Assembly (NCBI GenBank): GCA_945892995.1 | Contig: CAMDDR010000001.1 | Coordinates: 5,481 to 69,480, forward strand | Reading direction: 5' to 3' | Source of the DNA: Chitinophaga pinensis | GTDB lineage: Bacteria; Bacteroidota; Bacteroidia; Flavobacteriales_D; Crocinitomicaceae | DNA length: 64,000 nt | In this document: one piece after another, positions 60,501 through 64,000 of the stretch | How positions within the stretch are numbered: the first letter of the stretch is position 1 | How the letters are laid out: the number at the start of each line of letters is the position of its first letter | Notes under the pieces: model-generated | Told to the model about the DNA's origin: nothing | Seen by the model: the letters and a program-made list of their open reading frames with translations, nothing else | Database searches by the model: none | Program-made: the position numbers and the translations under genes

Positions 60501-61943
60501 TAAGTAAAAGGTATTGTTTGTTGCTACTATTTTAACATCGTGTTTATGAGCTAATTCAACCAAAGTGGTATTTACACGATTCTCGATTTCTAAGTTGTGT
60601 CGACTTAATTCGATATAAAAATCATCTTTAAATGTATTTTTCCACCAGATTAATGCCTCTTCCGCTTGATTTTCGCCAACATTTAGAATTAAATTTGGAA
60701 TTTCTCCGTATAAATTTCCTGAAAGAACAATGATGTCGCTTTTATACGCTTCAATTAATTTTTTATCAATTCTAGGCACATAATACATCCCTTTGGTGTA
60801 AGCAAGAGATGCCAACTTTATCAAGTTTTGGTAACCCGCTTTATTTTTTGCTAAGAAAACAACTTGATAACCATTGTCCTTTTGACTTTTATCATGTAGA
60901 TCAGCACATACATTAAATTCGCAGCCAATTATCGGTAAAATTTCATTTTTTTCAAAAGGCACTCCATCTTTCTTCGCCTGTTCACGTTCCTCATTAATCA
61001 GTAAATTGTACTTATTCGCTGCTTTTTCAAAATGAAATGCAGCCATCATATTTCCTGTATCTGTTAATGCAACTGCTGGCATATTTAATTCAGCTGCTTT
61101 TTCAACTAATTTTTGAACCTCTGAAGTAGATTGTAGGATTGTAAACTTCGAATGATTGTGCAAATGAGCAAAAGGAGTATCTTTTAATTCGTTGGGAATT
61201 TCATTTTTTGATACCTTTTTATCACCTAATGCTACCTTTTTAGCTTCTCGTAGTTTTGTACTTTCAAGCTTTAAATTCAAATGTTTTAAGCCAATACTTT
61301 GAATGGGAGAAGGATTTATTTTGCGGTATTCCTCAATGAATCCATAACCCTGTGAAAGTTGTTCCAAAGAAAAATTACCCTGTCGAATCAAGTCCAAAAA
61401 ACAACGTGTTGTTGCTTCTACGTCAGCTGTTGCATTATGCGCCTCTGAAAATGGTTCATTAAATAAGAAATCGTGCAATTGAGATAAAGTAGGTAATTTA
61501 AATTTACCGTAAGGACCACCAGGCAGTCTACAAAGTTCTGCCGTTTTTTCTGTGCAGGTATCTAAAATTGGTTGTATTAAAGGTGTTTGTTCTCCTATTC
61601 TAGAAAATTCGCAGCCTAAAACATTGACATCAAACTTTAGATTATGGCCAACAATAAATTTCGCTTTTTGCAAGGCCTTTTTAAACAAACCAAGTACATC
61701 CTCTAATTCATCGCCTCCAAGACTCGCAAGCTCAGTAGAAATTCCATGAATTCCTTCAGCCTCAATTGGAATATTAAAGCCCTTGGGACGAATCAAAAAA
61801 TCCTTGTGTTCTATTAACTGTCCAAACTCATCATGAAGTTGCCAAGCCAATTGGACAACACGCGGCCAATTACTTGTATCCGTTATCGGAGCATTATAAT
61901 TACGTGGCAAGCCTGTGGTTTCAGTATCAAAAATAAGGAACAT
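57588..61943 (-). CDS. dnaE: DNA polymerase III alpha subunit (DnaE-type) with N-terminal DEDDh 3'-5' exonuclease (epsilon-like) domain
   Basis: 1451 aa; Exo I FDTETTG (aa 5-11), Exo II GHNLKFD (aa 99-105), Exo III HNATADV (aa 169-175); PHP domain from about aa 258 (HLHNHSKFTILQS); polymerase core, OB fold. Confidence 0.93.
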   Translation of the reverse strand: MFLIFDTETTGLPRNYNAPITDTSNWPRVVQLAWQLHDEFGQLIEHKDFLIRPKGFNIPIEAEGIHGISTELASLGGDELEDVLGLFKKALQKAKFIVGHNLKFDVNVLGCEFSRIGEQTPLIQPILDTCTEKTAELCRLPGGPYGKFKLPTLSQLHDFLFNEPFSEAHNATADVEATTRCFLDLIRQGNFSLEQLSQGYGFIEEYRKINPSPIQSIGLKHLNLKLESTKLREAKKVALGDKKVSKNEIPNELKDTPFAHLHNHSKFTILQSTSEVQKLVEKAAELNMPAVALTDTGNMMAAFHFEKAANKYNLLINEEREQAKKDGVPFEKNEILPIIGCEFNVCADLHDKSQKDNGYQVVFLAKNKAGYQNLIKLASLAYTKGMYYVPRIDKKLIEAYKSDIIVLSGNLYGEIPNLILNVGENQAEEALIWWKNTFKDDFYIELSRHNLEIENRVNTTLVELAHKHDVKIVATNNTFYLSQHDAQAHDVLLCVKDNELVETPKGRGRGFRYGLENDQYYFKSSDEMKALFSDLPEAIITISEILSKCEHYPLAREVLLPAFDIPAEFVSKDDANDAGKRGENNYLKHLTLKGAEKRYGEISDQLLERIDFELATIEKTNYPGYFLIVQDFCQAAREMGVSVGPGRGSAAGSVVAYCTGITNIDPIKYDLLFERFLNPDRVSMPDIDIDFDDEGRSRVIDYVIQKYGANQVAQIITFGTMAAKSAIRDASRVMNLPLPEADRLSKLVPDLSLKNILSWDEVAVIDHLKNQEAILNAKELRRVAQGSNLAAQVLQKAMEIEGSLRNTGIHACGIIITPDDLTNFVPVALAKDSDMVCTQYDNSVAEDAGLLKMDFLGLKTLTLIKDAVKLVKANQGIDLDPDLFPIEDEKTYSLFQKGETIGIFQYESTGMQKHLKELKPTVFADLIAMNALYRPGPMEYIPSYCKRKHGEETISYDLEECEEYLKETYGITVYQEQVMLLSQKIADFSKGEADTLRKAMGKKDRKVLNKMKPLFIERAGAKGHKIEALEKIWKDWEAFAAYAFNKSHSTCYAWIAYQTAYLKANYPAEYMSSVLSNNMSDIKQVTFFMEECRRMGLEVLGPDINESTFTFSVNKTGAIRFGLGAIKGLGSSAIEAIIEVRETGLFQSIFDMTKRINLRVCTKKSFESLAYAGALDSFKNVHRAQYFFVDGNNRSFLDNAMKYGINFKENQSSAQESLFGVGSEVSMPEPNVPQCKEWPNIFQLNKEKEVIGIFISGHPLDDFKPEIDAFCNGTLAMLSDLQSYKGRDIMLPAIVTLSEHRFTKNGDGFGVLTIEDYQDSFRLNLFKENYLRFKHFMVAGTFILIKGRVEVPRYRTQLEFTPFSIELLQELREKNTKQLQLKISSRAMDELLIEKLNQLFADNKGSCPIQFTVFDTIEGLEINLPSRSVRVKPSNELFKDLAKLDIAYKLN

Positions 61944-62064
61944 AGGAACTAAAAAACATGAAACTTAAAGGTATAGAATTCTCTTCAAAATTTCTTCAAT
62001 TGTTGAAAAATAAATATTATTCTAAGAAAGAAAATTCTATAAAAGTGCTTAGGATAACATTATT

Positions 62065-62925
62065 TTAAAGCTCTAATTGTTTTTCCCAATATTCATTGAG
62101 GAGAACTACTAATTTTCGTGACATATTATTAGAATATCGCTTGGTTCTATACCCCCCAATCCAATTAATACCTCGAATAGCATTAGTTAAAAAGATTTCG
62201 TCAGCTGCCAAAAGATGTTGAGGTAAAATAGCGCATTCGTAAACCTTTATGCCATTTTGAATTGCTAAATTTATAACTTGCATACGCATTGTTCCGGCAA
62301 TACATCCCTCCGCTAAACCAGGAGTATACAACACACCATTACTTACGATGAATAGATTACAGGAAGATGTTTCTAAAATATTTCCCCTGTAATCACTCAT
62401 AAATACATCATCTAATTCTTTTTCTTTTGCACTTAAAGCAGCCATAACATAATGTAATCCTGCTTTTGTTTTGTAATTAGAAAGAAAATTTTTCTGAAGT
62501 TTTATATCAAGATAAATATCAACCTCAAAACCTTTTGCATTTAATTCAAAATGACTTACTTGGTAGGGATATACCTCAATATAGAATGAACTTTCATTCG
62601 TTTCAGGTAAGTAAGCACCTCCTGGCTTTCGATCCAATGATAAGCGACAACGTCCACCATCATTAATTTCTGATTTTTTGAGTAATTCAGATATCTTTTC
62701 CTCAAAAAATGAGGTAGAATAGAGAGAAGGTGTTCTCAACTTAATTGCTTTTGCACCATCCAACATTCTAGAAATGTGGTTTTCTAAATTTAAGGTTCTC
62801 CCTGACATTATTCGGATACTTTCAAAAACTCCGTCGCCATATAAGTGACTCCTATTTCCAGGATGTATTGTAGGCGCATCATTTGATAAAACTGTGCCGT
62901 TGTTGTTAACATATAAAAGTGCCAT
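62065..62925 (-). CDS. class IV (fold-type IV) aminotransferase / aminodeoxychorismate lyase-like
   Basis: 286 aa; YGDGVFES and ETSSCNLFIV motifs typical of the family. Confidence 0.8.
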   Translation of the reverse strand: MALLYVNNNGTVLSNDAPTIHPGNRSHLYGDGVFESIRIMSGRTLNLENHISRMLDGAKAIKLRTPSLYSTSFFEEKISELLKKSEINDGGRCRLSLDRKPGGAYLPETNESSFYIEVYPYQVSHFELNAKGFEVDIYLDIKLQKNFLSNYKTKAGLHYVMAALSAKEKELDDVFMSDYRGNILETSSCNLFIVSNGVLYTPGLAEGCIAGTMRMQVINLAIQNGIKVYECAILPQHLLAADEIFLTNAIRGINWIGGYRTKRYSNNMSRKLVVLLNEYWEKQLEL

Positions 62926-62928
62926 AAT

Positions 62929-63540
62929 CTAAAAAAATAAATCTAAAAATTCTTTTCCTTTTTCAATATTCAAAAGTAATACAAATAAAATACCAAATAA
63001 TGCTCCTCCCAAATGGGCATCATGTGCTACACCTGTCCCTCCTCTCCTCATTGAAAAATATTCGATCGCTAAATAAATAGGGCCAAAAATATATGCGGGA
63101 ATTGGAAAGGGGAAAAACATAATTCCTAAAGACATTGTTGGGTTCCATATAATAGCTGCAAAAATAACTGCAGACACTGCACCTGAAGCTCCTAAACTTC
63201 TATAAGTAGAATTATCTTGGTTTTTTAAAAAAGAGGGGAGAGATGCAAAAATTGCTCCTGCAAAATAAAGTATTAATAAATAAGCAGTACCCAATTGTAA
63301 ACCATAATAATCTATAAAGTAAAATGATAGCGTACTTCCAAGAAAATAGAGCGAAATCATGTTGAAAGCTAAATGACTTATATCAGCATGTATAAAAATA
63401 TGCGAAATAAGGCGATAGTACTCATTATTGTGCTTAAGCTGGTAGGGAATATAAAGGAAACGTTGTTTTAAGTCAGGATTTTTGTTAGCCTGAAAAGAAA
63501 TTAAAACTGTAATTACAATTATGATAGATATGATATTCAT
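62929..63540 (-). CDS. rhomboid family intramembrane serine protease
   Basis: 203 aa, 6 TM; HIFIHADISHLAFN, catalytic GASGAV and AHLGGALFG motifs. Confidence 0.88.
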   Translation of the reverse strand: MNIISIIIVITVLISFQANKNPDLKQRFLYIPYQLKHNNEYYRLISHIFIHADISHLAFNMISLYFLGSTLSFYFIDYYGLQLGTAYLLILYFAGAIFASLPSFLKNQDNSTYRSLGASGAVSAVIFAAIIWNPTMSLGIMFFPFPIPAYIFGPIYLAIEYFSMRRGGTGVAHDAHLGGALFGILFVLLLNIEKGKEFLDLFF

Positions 63541-63631
63541 ATTTTGCCTGATCTTTTTTTTTAAAAACTTGTATAATGTACTAAATTACATTTTTTAAAT
63601 ACTATTTTTATTTCATGGAAGAAAATTAGCT

Positions 63632-63639
63632 TAAATTTG
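63632..63639 (+). promoter_or_regulatory. -7 promoter box (TAAATTTG) for rpe
   Basis: Matches TAnnTTTG; 14 nt upstream of the ATG at 63654. Confidence 0.4.
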
Positions 63640-63653
63640 AAAAAAAAAATAAA

Positions 63654-64000
63654 ATGATTATTTCGCCATCTGTTTTGTCTTGTGATTTTGGAAATATTGA
63701 GCGCGACACAAAAATGCTAGATAACTCAGAAGCAGATTGGTTGCACATTGATGTGATGGATGGTGTATTTGTTCCTAATATTTCATTTGGTTTTCCTGTT
63801 CTAGAAGCAATTCGTAAAAACACAAACAAAATTTTGGATGTGCATTTAATGATCGCTAATCCAGATGCATATCTAAGTGCTTTTCATAAATCTGGCGCTG
63901 ATATTTTAACTGTTCATTATGAAGCTTGTCCTCACTTAAACCGAACAATTGCAGCAATAAAAGAATTAGGAATGAAAGCTGGAGTTGCTCTCAATCCTCA
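63654..64000 (+). CDS. rpe: ribulose-phosphate 3-epimerase, N-terminal ~115 codons (runs off the window end)
   Basis: Not in the ORF track (open at the window end). Reads MIISPSVLSCDFGNIERDTKMLDNSEADWLHIDVMDGVFVPNISFG...LDVHLMI, canonical Rpe. Confidence 0.9.
   Translation, partial: MIISPSVLSCDFGNIERDTKMLDNSEADWLHIDVMDGVFVPNISFGFPVLEAIRKNTNKILDVHLMIANPDAYLSAFHKSGADILTVHYEACPHLNRTIAAIKELGMKAGVALNP

Noticed and set aside
63626-63829. 67-aa minus-strand ORF near the window end.
   Set aside because: It is antisense to the clearly recognisable rpe gene, which starts at 63654 on the plus strand.

Overview
Low-G+C Bacteroidota chromosome segment, Flavobacteriia-like. This is supported by gldE-gldD gliding genes, TAnnTTTG '-7' promoter boxes, A-rich rather than Shine-Dalgarno start contexts, and fusA followed directly by rpsJ with no tuf. 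The window is almost entirely core housekeeping. Minus-strand genes at the left end are groEL(5' end)-groES, then secG, a hypothetical, an lptE-like gene, a sigma-54 activator and miaB. Next on the plus strand come topA, ssb, gldE, gldD, folK, an OmpA/TPR lipoprotein, clpP-clpX and an orphan pdhB. An uninterrupted 32-gene ribosomal superoperon runs from rpsL to rplQ (15.3-32.6 kb); it includes rpmJ, which the ORF track misses. It is followed by carA, eno, a Nudix gene, and alkB-like and hbd genes. The only clearly accessory segment is a ~9-kb surface-polysaccharide locus (37.6-46.6 kb): Wzx-like flippase, opposite-strand LbH acyltransferase, three GT4 glycosyltransferases, a Wzy/O-antigen-ligase-like protein, a DegT aminotransferase and a PglC-type initiating transferase. 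After it come comM and tRNA-His(GUG). A minus-strand block follows (hypothetical, cdd, yggS, DUF1015, TonB-dependent receptor), then a beta-barrel protein, Nif3, a zinc-ribbon protein, a VanZ-like protein, a dnaE with an N-terminal DEDDh exonuclease domain, a class IV aminotransferase, a rhomboid protease and the 5' part of rpe. I found no CRISPR array, transposase, integrase, prophage, toxin-antitoxin pair or recognisable defence system, and I cannot support a claim of a novel multi-gene system here. The most unusual items are: (1) ribosomal protein L17 with a ~130-aa acidic tail made of 26 tandem 15-nt repeats; (2) the exonuclease-DnaE fusion; (3) a WcfR/WcfS-like aminotransferase plus initiating-transferase pair, with signs of mosaicism in the polysaccharide locus; (4) a tRNA-His with two adjacent acceptor-stem mismatches; (5) several -7 promoter boxes so close to start codons that leaderless or near-leaderless mRNAs are implied.
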